This document shows positions 9,018 through 16,807 of a DNA stretch of 64,000 nucleotides, one piece after another. Both the position numbers and the translations under genes were made by a program. The stretch is from Rhodococcus sp. (in: high G+C Gram-positive bacteria) (lineage in GTDB: Bacteria > Actinomycetota > Actinomycetes > Mycobacteriales > Mycobacteriaceae), in NCBI GenBank assembly GCA_023264675.1, contig JAHFVG010000019.1, forward strand, positions 6,097-70,096. The letters are read 5' to 3'. The notes beneath the pieces were generated by a model. That model searched no databases, was not told where the DNA came from, and saw only the letters and a list, made by a program, of their open reading frames with translations. Positions within the stretch are counted from its first letter, which is position 1; every line of letters begins with the position of its first letter.

Positions 9018-10382
9018 TTGAAATTGCACAAGCGCCAGTTCGATGTCAACGGCCGGACCTACACCGTCCCTGAGTCGCCAGTGGTAGTGATCTGCATCGA
9101 CGGTAGTGAACCCGACTACCACATCGAGGCAATCGAAGCTGGGCGTATGCCATGGCTCAGCCGGCTGCTGGATGGTGAATCGAGTTCATGGCCGGCGCAT
9201 TGTGCTATGCCTGCTCTCACCAATCCCAACAATATGTCGATTGCCACCGGGTGCACGTCCGACGTGCACGGCATCAGCGGCAACTACATCTTCGACACCG
9301 TCACCGGCGAAGAGGTTCTCATGAACGATTCGCGTTTTCTACGGGCTCCCACCATTTTCGGCGCAGCCAACGAAGCGGGCCTCGACGTCGTCGTGGTCAC
9401 CGCGAAGGACAAGCTGCGTCGTCTACTCGGTGCAGGTCTCGTCGAAGACGGCCCTGCACTCCAGGGCGGCAGTACATTCGTCCCGCCCTCGCGCACCGGC
9501 ATCTGCTTCTCGGCCGAGCGGGCCGACGAGGCGACACTACCGAACAACGGCATCGACAAGGTGTTGGAGTTGGTGGGTAAGCCGCTTCCGCAGGTGTACT
9601 CGGCAGACCTGTCCGAGTTCGTACTCGCTGCCGGAGTGGCGATTCTGGAGTCCGAGAACGTCGATCTGATGTACCTGTCGCTGACCGACTACATACAGCA
9701 CAAACATGCCCCCGGTACCGATACGGCGAACGCGTTCTACGAGATGATCGACTCGTACGCTGCCCGACTCGACGCTCTGGGTGCCGTCGTTGTGCTGACC
9801 GCTGATCACGGAATGAGCGCCAAGACCGATGACGGGGGGACAGTGCGGGTGATCTATGTCGAGGACGAAGTCCGCCGTATCCTCGGAGCCTCGGCAGCCG
9901 GTTCGAACAACGAAGGCGCCGATGGAATCAGAGTAATTCTTCCCATCACGGACCCTTACACGGTGCATCACGGAGCACTCGGATCGTTCGCGAGTGTTTA
10001 CCTTCCCGCCGGTGCCGATCGGACCGCGGTGATGACACAGCTGCGTGCACTCGACGGTGTGCAGGCCGTCCACAGTCGCGAGCACGCCGCCGAAACCTAT
10101 GGATTGCCCGCGGATCGAATCGGCGATGTCGTTCTGATGGCGGACGCAGACACGGCAGTGGGTAGGTTCGCGGAGTGGCACGACCTGAGCGGCCTCGACG
10201 TACCGCTTCGCTCGCACGGCGCACTCGGCGAACTACAGATTCCATTCATTCTCAATCGCGCTCTGCCCCGGCCGGAGTTACTCGACGAGCCGTACGGTCA
10301 ACCCGCCTACGTCCACAACTACGATGCGTTCTGGATAGCCACCACACTGGTCAGCCGCCATCAGAACACGTCTGTGGCGTAA
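9018..10382 (+). CDS. phnA: Phosphonoacetate hydrolase PhnA (alkaline phosphatase superfamily)
   Basis: VNGRTY..P..PVVVICIDGSEPDY, nucleophile region TNPNNMSIATG, YLSLTDYIQHK, ADHGM, RSHG. TTG start. Confidence 0.92.
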   Translation: MKLHKRQFDVNGRTYTVPESPVVVICIDGSEPDYHIEAIEAGRMPWLSRLLDGESSSWPAHCAMPALTNPNNMSIATGCTSDVHGISGNYIFDTVTGEEVLMNDSRFLRAPTIFGAANEAGLDVVVVTAKDKLRRLLGAGLVEDGPALQGGSTFVPPSRTGICFSAERADEATLPNNGIDKVLELVGKPLPQVYSADLSEFVLAAGVAILESENVDLMYLSLTDYIQHKHAPGTDTANAFYEMIDSYAARLDALGAVVVLTADHGMSAKTDDGGTVRVIYVEDEVRRILGASAAGSNNEGADGIRVILPITDPYTVHHGALGSFASVYLPAGADRTAVMTQLRALDGVQAVHSREHAAETYGLPADRIGDVVLMADADTAVGRFAEWHDLSGLDVPLRSHGALGELQIPFILNRALPRPELLDEPYGQPAYVHNYDAFWIATTLVSRHQNTSVA

Positions 10383-10393
10383 GCCGACGAGAA

Positions 10394-10424
10394 GTGGCGG
10401 ACGGGGCAGAACCTCGTCCGCCAC
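10394..10424. terminator. GC-rich hairpin between convergent phnA and the ABM gene
   Basis: GTGGCGGACG / CGTCCGCCAC perfect 10-bp stem just after the phnA stop; no U-tract, which is common in actinobacteria. Confidence 0.55.
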
Positions 10425-10463
10425 GCAACGAGACCAAGCGCAGCCGGGCCGATCTTCGTCCCG

Positions 10464-10781
10464 TCAGCTCGACGAGACGATGTGGACGTCGACCCGCATC
10501 GACGCATCGATCCCCGGGTCATCGGCGAGCAAATCGAGTACACGCTGGTGAGGTTCGTCGAACACCGGATTCGCGTAGTGCCTCGTGAACGATTCGTCGT
10601 CCCGGTAGAACTCGAAAGCCCACATGACGTCGGGGTTGCCGTTGTCGCGGCTCAGTACCCAGTCCACCGGACCGTCGGGATCGCCGGTGTGGTGCAAGTC
10701 GGTGCACAGATCGAACAGCTCTTTGCCCTTTCCTGGCTTGGCTTGAAATCGCAGGACTACACCGGGTTGATTGTTGTGCAT
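10464..10781 (-). CDS. ABM-domain (antibiotic biosynthesis monooxygenase / putative quinol monooxygenase) protein
   Basis: VVLRFQAKPGKG...FEFYRDDESF.RH pattern; start at ATG 10781 after GAAGG. Confidence 0.8.
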   Translation of the reverse strand: MHNNQPGVVLRFQAKPGKGKELFDLCTDLHHTGDPDGPVDWVLSRDNGNPDVMWAFEFYRDDESFTRHYANPVFDEPHQRVLDLLADDPGIDASMRVDVHIVSSS

Positions 10782-10813
10782 CGTTGTCGCCTTCATTGTT
10801 GTCGCAATTAATT

Positions 10814-10850
10814 GTTGGAACCATGTTCCATGGTGGAACATGGTTCCAAC
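10814..10850. promoter_or_regulatory. Tandem TetR operators TGGAAC-N3-GTTCCA forming a perfect 17-bp inverted repeat
   Basis: GTTGGAACCATGTTCCA-TGG-TGGAACATGGTTCCAAC lies between the divergent ABM and tetR genes. Confidence 0.75.
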
Positions 10851-10867
10851 TGTGTCAAGATTGTGTT

Positions 10868-11521
10868 GTGCGAACAGATGACGAGCGTTCCCCTCGGCGA
10901 CAGGATGCGCTCTCGGCGCACGTCATCGTCGCCGAGGCGGTTGCTGTACTCGATGACAGTGGGATTGGTGGCCTCACGTTTCGCGCTCTCTCCAAGCGCT
11001 TACGGACCGGGCCGGGGGCGATTTACCATCACGTTGCCAACAAGGAAGAACTACTCGCGGCGGCAGCCTTGAAGTTGGCCAACGATCTCGCCAGTGCTCA
11101 TCCCGACAACGTTCGGGAATTCATGCTCGCCATTCACGATCTGATCGAGGGCCATCGTTGGCTCGGCGCGCAGTTGTCAAGCGCGCCATGGCAGGACGCG
11201 GTGATGATGCTGTTCGAAAGCATCGGCGATCGTCTTGCTCGGCAGGGGCTGGAAGCGGTCAGGCTGTTCGATGTCGCGTCAGCGCTGGTGAACTACCTGC
11301 TCGGATCTGCCGGGCAGTATGCGGCAGGCGCACGAGTTCCGGGCGACATCGGGCGGGATGAGTTTCTCGTGGAAGTCACCACAAGCTGGACTTCCCGAAC
11401 CGACCCAGAACAATTTCCGTTCATACACTCAATAGCGGAGCAACTCGCCCATCATGACGACCGGCGGCAATTCGCAGCAGGCGTTGACCTCATCCTCTCC
11501 GGCGCATCCGCACCGAACTGA
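10868..11521 (+). CDS. TetR/AcrR-family regulator (TetR_C-like)
   Basis: HTH GLTFRALSKRLRTGPGAIYHHVANKEELL; start estimated at GTG 10868. Confidence 0.88.
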   Translation: MRTDDERSPRRQDALSAHVIVAEAVAVLDDSGIGGLTFRALSKRLRTGPGAIYHHVANKEELLAAAALKLANDLASAHPDNVREFMLAIHDLIEGHRWLGAQLSSAPWQDAVMMLFESIGDRLARQGLEAVRLFDVASALVNYLLGSAGQYAAGARVPGDIGRDEFLVEVTTSWTSRTDPEQFPFIHSIAEQLAHHDDRRQFAAGVDLILSGASAPN

Positions 11522-11668
11522 GTCAGAACTTCTCGGATTATCGGACCGAGGGACTGGATTCATCCCTTTCACTACGAGTCAGCGCGTGCCGTTGGGGGAG
11601 TCCGCCGGATGCGTCGCGAGCGATGAGCGTCGAAACGAGCTTGCACGGCAGGAGCATCGTCCCTAAAC

Positions 11669-11703
11669 TGACAGCGCGTCAATTATTATCGACAATACGT
11701 CAA
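11669..11703. promoter_or_regulatory. Candidate TetR operators TGAC-N5-GTCA and a degenerate second copy
   Basis: TGACAGCGCGTCA (11669-11681) and CGACAATACGTCA (11690-11702) lie upstream of the SDR-tetR pair. Confidence 0.45.
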
Positions 11704-11742
11704 ACAATGAGGCTGTCGACCTACCTGCGTTCGGAGAAGACG

Positions 11743-12594
11743 ATGAAGAGAATCATGATTACCGGTGTGGGCAGCGGTTTGGGTCGTGCCTTTGCAGCCA
11801 AAGCGCTGGAGGTCGGTCACGAGGTGGTGGGCACGGTGCGCACATCCGAGGACGCCGCTGCCTTCGAGTCGCTCGCGCCAGGACGTGCTCACGCCCGCTT
11901 GCTGGACGTGACCGATGACGCTGCCGTGGCGGCCACTGTCCGCGAGGTCGAGACTGCCGTGGGGCCCGTCGACGTAGTGATCGCGAATGCCGGCTACGGG
12001 CTGGAGGGCATCTTCGAGGAGACGTCGTTGGCGGACGTGCGAGCTCAGTTCGCAACGAACGTGTTCGGCGTGGCCGCTACGCTGCAGGCTGTCCTGCCCT
12101 ACATGCGCGAGCGTCGGGCAGGACACTTGCTCGCGGTAACGTCGATGGGCGGGCTGATGGCGGTCCCCGGAATGTCGGCATACTGTGCGAGCAAGTTCGC
12201 CGTGGAAGGCATGCTGGAGAGCATCGGCAAGGAGGTGGCGTCCTTCGGCATTCACGTGACGGCGATCGAGCCGGGTTCGTTCCGCACCGACTGGGCAGGC
12301 AGATCGATGACGCGCGCAGATCGCACCATTTCCGATTACGACGAGTTGTTCGATCCCATCCGAACTGCTCGTCAAAAGGCCAGCGGTAATCAGCTCGGCA
12401 ACCCGGTGAAGGGCGCCGAAGCGGTGTTGTCAATCCTCGACGAGGCCGAGCCGCCCGCGCATCTGGTGCTGGGGTCCGATGCTCTCAGGTTGGTCGGCGC
12501 GGCGAGGACTGCGGTCGACGAGGATATCCGTCAGTGGGAAACGCTCTCGCGGAGTACTGATTTCGCCGATGGCGCGCAGTTGGCCGCGAAGTAG
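11743..12594 (+). CDS. Short-chain dehydrogenase/reductase
   Basis: TGVGSGLG, NAG, YCASK. Start at ATG 11743 after GGAGA. Confidence 0.92.
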   Translation: MKRIMITGVGSGLGRAFAAKALEVGHEVVGTVRTSEDAAAFESLAPGRAHARLLDVTDDAAVAATVREVETAVGPVDVVIANAGYGLEGIFEETSLADVRAQFATNVFGVAATLQAVLPYMRERRAGHLLAVTSMGGLMAVPGMSAYCASKFAVEGMLESIGKEVASFGIHVTAIEPGSFRTDWAGRSMTRADRTISDYDELFDPIRTARQKASGNQLGNPVKGAEAVLSILDEAEPPAHLVLGSDALRLVGAARTAVDEDIRQWETLSRSTDFADGAQLAAK

Positions 12595-12619
12595 TGCCCA
12601 CGAAACGGGGGGTGACGTC

Positions 12620-13237
12620 GTGACCAAGTCCTGGCCGTCGCGAAGGTCGGAGTCGGCCGTCCGCAAGGGAGACCTTCGTCAACGGCTGATTCTCGACGTC
12701 GCCGAGGACTTGCTCGCTACACGCGGGTACGCGGAGACGACCGTCGCCGATATCGCCGAGGCCGCCGGGATCACTCGACCGGCACTGTACTTCTACTTCG
12801 CGTCGAAGCAGGAGGTGCTGATTGCCTTGGTGGCGAGGACAGTACAGGCCTTGCAGGAGAAATCCGGTGCAGCGCTCACCGCCACCGCGCCTGTCGGAGA
12901 CATCATCGCCACCGCCCTGGAACGCACAGTTCAACTCTGGCGCGAGCACGGGCCCGTGATGCGCGCGGCCACCGATCTTGGTTCTGCTATCCCTGAGATC
13001 AACGAAATGTGGACGGAAACAGCCGATGTCTTCGCCGGAGCCATCACCGAAACCCTCATCCGGAGCGGCGTTCAGGCGGGCGACGGCCCTGCCGAGGCGA
13101 CCGCGCTGGGGCGCGCAGTGTGCTGGATGATCGAACGCAGCTTCTATCAGGCGTCCAGGATCTCGCCTGAGGATCTCGACAACGCCAAACAGACCTGCGA
13201 AGCGGTGTGGCTGCAATTGGCAAATAAGCGAGGGTAA
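12620..13237 (+). CDS. TetR-family regulator (EthR-like)
   Basis: HTH TTVADIAEAAGITRPALYFYFASKQEVL; start estimated at GTG 12620. Confidence 0.88.
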   Translation: MTKSWPSRRSESAVRKGDLRQRLILDVAEDLLATRGYAETTVADIAEAAGITRPALYFYFASKQEVLIALVARTVQALQEKSGAALTATAPVGDIIATALERTVQLWREHGPVMRAATDLGSAIPEINEMWTETADVFAGAITETLIRSGVQAGDGPAEATALGRAVCWMIERSFYQASRISPEDLDNAKQTCEAVWLQLANKRG

Positions 13238-13298
13238 CCCACAGACGTAGAGTCCACCCCTTCACCGCATCACTCCTCGATATCGACAGGAGACACAG

Positions 13299-13655
13299 AT
13301 GGCCAAGCCGGAACTCGAATTTCACACACCACCCGCAGAATGGCTACGGCCCGACGGCGCAGCCCCTGGAATCTGGGAGCAAGAATTATCCCGCGATCCC
13401 AGTACCGGTGACTCGACCGTATTGCAGCGTTATGACCCCGGTACCCACTCCTCGCCAGGTGTGATCACCCATCGGTTCTGGGAGGAAGTGATTCTGCTCG
13501 AAGGCGATCTCCACGACGTCACCGCAAATCTGACCTTCACCGCAGGCATGTATGCATGCCGACCACCGGGCATGCCGCACGGCCCGTACCTCAGCACCAC
13601 CGGTTGCGTGATGTATGTAACCACCCGACACACGCAACCCGGTCCATCGACGTAG
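13299..13655 (+). CDS. Cupin-domain protein (ChrR-like cupin)
   Basis: H.FWEEVILLEGDL and YACRPPGMPHGP cupin motifs; RBS AGGAG. Confidence 0.82.
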   Translation: MAKPELEFHTPPAEWLRPDGAAPGIWEQELSRDPSTGDSTVLQRYDPGTHSSPGVITHRFWEEVILLEGDLHDVTANLTFTAGMYACRPPGMPHGPYLSTTGCVMYVTTRHTQPGPST

Positions 13656-13707
13656 CCGGGAGACTCGAGGCCGATGACCGCGTCGGGACGACGTCAGCTC
13701 ACACCTC

Positions 13708-14622
13708 CTACGTAAGTGTCGATTCGACGCTGGCGGGAACCGAATCGAGATGTGTTTTCCCGGAGGGGAAATGAGGGCGCAGAGCGGCGGCGAAGGCACG
13801 GTCGAGGACCCGGTCGGGTAGGAATTTCACGAACCGCAACAAGCCCGCTTCACGGCCGACGGTGTAGCGGGTGCGCGGTGTTCGTGCCGTGACTGCTTTG
13901 GCGATGACCGTGGCGACGGCGTCGGCCGGCGCGCCCGAGTCGGTATGCGCTGCAGTCTGTGCTGCGATGGCCTGCACCAGCGTGCCGTATCGCTGTTGTT
14001 GGTCGGGCGTCATGGTGGACGCGAGCTTTTTCGTCGAGGCGATCACGCGGCCGGGCATCTCCGTCACGACCCCGCCCGGTTCGACCACCACCACGTGAAC
14101 ACCCGTGGAGGCGAGTTCGCGCCGCAGGGAGTCGCTGACCGCTTCGAGCGCGAATTTCGTTGCGGCGTAGGGACCGTACGTGGCCATGGCGACCTTGCCG
14201 CCGACGGAGCTGATGTTGATCACCCGTCCCTTACTGCGAACCAGGTCGGGGAGTAGGGCTTGCGTGACGGCGACATGACCGAAGAGATTGACCTCGAACA
14301 AGCGTCGCCACTCCGCAATGGGGTAGACCTCGATCGGCACATTGACGCCGATGCCTGCGTTGTTCACCAGAGCTCGCACACCCCTGCCCTGCGGGTCTTC
14401 GCGCACTCGCGTCGCCAACGCTTCGACGTGGTCGGCATTGGTGATGTCGAGTATCACCGGCTCGATGCCAGGCCCTCGGATGGCGTCGGCATCGTGGTCG
14501 CGTCGCACGCCCGCGAGGACGTGAAACCCCCGCCGGGCCAGGTCGCGGGCTGTTGCGGCGCCGATACCGGTCGATGCCCCAGTGACGATGACCAGCTCTT
14601 GATTTTCAGTTGACGATGTCAT
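13708..14622 (-). CDS. Short-chain dehydrogenase/reductase
   Basis: TGASTGIG, NNAG, YAATK. Start moved to ATG 14622. Confidence 0.9.
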   Translation of the reverse strand: MTSSTENQELVIVTGASTGIGAATARDLARRGFHVLAGVRRDHDADAIRGPGIEPVILDITNADHVEALATRVREDPQGRGVRALVNNAGIGVNVPIEVYPIAEWRRLFEVNLFGHVAVTQALLPDLVRSKGRVINISSVGGKVAMATYGPYAATKFALEAVSDSLRRELASTGVHVVVVEPGGVVTEMPGRVIASTKKLASTMTPDQQQRYGTLVQAIAAQTAAHTDSGAPADAVATVIAKAVTARTPRTRYTVGREAGLLRFVKFLPDRVLDRAFAAALRPHFPSGKTHLDSVPASVESTLT

Positions 14623-14658
14623 CTTTATGACTTTACCGGGTGAGGTGACAATGTCAAC
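14609..14658. promoter_or_regulatory. Two TGAC-N3-GTCA TetR operator copies
   Basis: GTTGACGATGTCAT (14609-14622, covering the SDR start codon) and GTGACAATGTCAAC (14645-14658). Confidence 0.6.
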
Positions 14659-14687
14659 TAGAATGGGCGAATGACGAAGATGCAGAC

Positions 14688-15296
14688 ATGGTGAGCCGCG
14701 CGGAGTCGGCAGCCGCGACACGTCGCGCATTGCTGGACGATGCCGCCGAATTGCTCGACAGCGGCGGGCCCGGTGCTGTGACTTTGCGCGAGGTGGGTGC
14801 TCGTGCCGGGGTTTCTCGGGGTGCGCCATACCGCCACTTCGTCGACAAGGAGAGCTTGTTGACGGCGGTGGCCGCCGAGGCCTGGGAACACCTCGGAGAT
14901 CGCATGCAGGCGCTGCGCGGCGACAACGCGACGGTTCCGGCCGAGGCGCTGCGCGGCGACAACGCGACGGTTCCGGCCGTGGCGCTGAGGGCCGCACTCG
15001 CCGAGGTCATTGCCATCAGCCGCAGACAGCCGTATTTGTACGACCTGATGTTCCGCACTCCGACAGCGGATCCGGCCGCGGTTGTCCGTGCCGCTCAACG
15101 CATGTGCGACGAGTTCGCCGCCATCGTCACCACCGTCGTCGGCGAGCAGGACGCCGAGCGCTGCGCCTCGGTCCTTCTTACCGGTGCTCACGGAGCTGCC
15201 GGTCTCGAATCGAGCGGACTCCTCACCACCGACAAATGGCAGACGAATGCAGACGACCTCATCGATACGCTCATCGCTGCGGTCACGCAGCGGTGA
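14688..15296 (+). CDS. TetR-family regulator (WHG-type C-terminus) with an internal 12-aa duplication
   Basis: HTH VTLREVGARAGVSRGAPYRHFVDKESLL; divergent from the SDR. Confidence 0.88.
   Translation: MVSRAESAAATRRALLDDAAELLDSGGPGAVTLREVGARAGVSRGAPYRHFVDKESLLTAVAAEAWEHLGDRMQALRGDNATVPAEALRGDNATVPAVALRAALAEVIAISRRQPYLYDLMFRTPTADPAAVVRAAQRMCDEFAAIVTTVVGEQDAERCASVLLTGAHGAAGLESSGLLTTDKWQTNADDLIDTLIAAVTQR
14908..14979 (+). repeat. Perfect 36-bp in-frame tandem duplication
   Basis: AGGCGCTGCGCGGCGACAACGCGACGGTTCCGGCCG occurs twice (14908-14943, 14944-14979). Confidence 0.95.
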
Positions 15297-15421
15297 AGCC
15301 GAGTGATATGTCACCGGCGGTTTCGATGAGTTTCCGAATCCCCGGGAGTCGATACCGCCGAGGACAACATACTGCGTTGCCGATGACGGCAACTTTCCGC
15401 GGTAGGACAGATGGAGGCACG

Positions 15422-16711
15422 ATGAGCATCGACGACTCGAAGCACCGGAGCAGGATCGAAACAGGCGAGCAAGGGAGCCGTACGGACGGTCCGCGGGTGT
15501 TGGTGGCGGGTGCGAGCGTCGCGGGACCTGCGGTGGCGCATTGGCTTCGGCGATGGGGCGCCGAGGTGACCGTGGTGGAGCGGGCTCCTGACCTGCGTCC
15601 GGGCGGTCAGGCCGTGGACGCCCGTGGGGTGGCCAGGGACGTCATCGAGCGAATGGGGGTGGGCGACGCGGTGCGCGCGGCGTGCACCGACACCGCAGGC
15701 GCCCACACCGTGGACGCGAACGGGGAAGTGCTGCAAACATTTCGCGCCGACGACGAGGGTGGCGACGGCTTCATCGCGGACATCGAGATCCTGCGCGGGG
15801 ACCTAGCGAAGGTGCTCTACGACGACACGAGCGGCGGCGTCGAGTACATCTTCGGTGATCGAATCGCTGAGCTCGCGCAGGACACGGATGGGGTCGACGT
15901 GGTCTTCGCGAGCGGCACCGAGCGGCGCTTCGAGCTGGTGGTGGGGGCCGACGGTCTGCACTCGGCCTTGCGCGCACTGGTTTTCGGGTCGCACGATCGA
16001 TTCCTCCGCCACCTGGGGCACGTGCTGGCCTTCTACAGTGTGCCCAACGATTTCGGATTGGACCGTTGGCTGCTCGAGTATCAGGACCAGGAGTCCGGGC
16101 GATCGACGATGCTGCGACCTTTCCACGAGGGTTCCAGGGCCATGGCCATGTTCTACTTCGGTTCGTCCGAGTTCGGTGTCGACTACCGCGACATCGCAGC
16201 GCAGAAAGCCCTGCTCCGGGCCCGGATGACGGGAATGGGCTGGTTGACACCGAACATCCTCGAGCACCTCGACGACACACCGGACTTCTACCTCGATCAG
16301 GTCGCACAGGTGGTGATGGAGCGGTGGTCGACCGGCCGGGTGGTTCTGCTGGGAGATGCAGCATTCAGTTCGTCGCCGATGTCGGGACAGGGGACCGGGC
16401 TGGCGTTGGTCGGCGCCTACGTGTTGGCCGGCGAACTCGCCGCGGCCGACTGGGACCCCGAAGTCGGGTTTGCTCGCTACGAAGAACGTATGCGCTCGTA
16501 CGTCGAGGCCAACCAGGAGATTGGGCGGTTGAACGCACGCACTCGCGATGTTCCCGGGCCTGACACGGAGCCGATGCCCGACTTCGCCGGAGAGTGGTTC
16601 ACAGAACTGCTCGGGCGCGCGATCAACGGCGTCGAGCTGCCCGACTACACGGGAGTGTCGGGTTCCCGTTCACCTTCGGGGTCGCAGATCGCCCCTTCGT
16701 CAACGCCATGA
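15422..16711 (+). CDS. FAD-dependent monooxygenase (class A; similar to the tetracycline destructase/MabTetX group)
   Basis: GASVAGP, RPGGQAVDARG, EILRGDL, GADGLHS, GDAAFSSSPMSGQGTGLALVGAYVLAGEL. ATG 15422 follows GGAGG. Confidence 0.85.
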   Translation: MSIDDSKHRSRIETGEQGSRTDGPRVLVAGASVAGPAVAHWLRRWGAEVTVVERAPDLRPGGQAVDARGVARDVIERMGVGDAVRAACTDTAGAHTVDANGEVLQTFRADDEGGDGFIADIEILRGDLAKVLYDDTSGGVEYIFGDRIAELAQDTDGVDVVFASGTERRFELVVGADGLHSALRALVFGSHDRFLRHLGHVLAFYSVPNDFGLDRWLLEYQDQESGRSTMLRPFHEGSRAMAMFYFGSSEFGVDYRDIAAQKALLRARMTGMGWLTPNILEHLDDTPDFYLDQVAQVVMERWSTGRVVLLGDAAFSSSPMSGQGTGLALVGAYVLAGELAAADWDPEVGFARYEERMRSYVEANQEIGRLNARTRDVPGPDTEPMPDFAGEWFTELLGRAINGVELPDYTGVSGSRSPSGSQIAPSSTP

Positions 16712-16807
16712 CAATGATGTCCGGAAAGGCCGGCACCAGCCACCATCGGCATCGGGCTACGGGCGCGGGGAGCGGATCCGCATTCGGGGCTTCATACTTG
16801 TCGCAAG

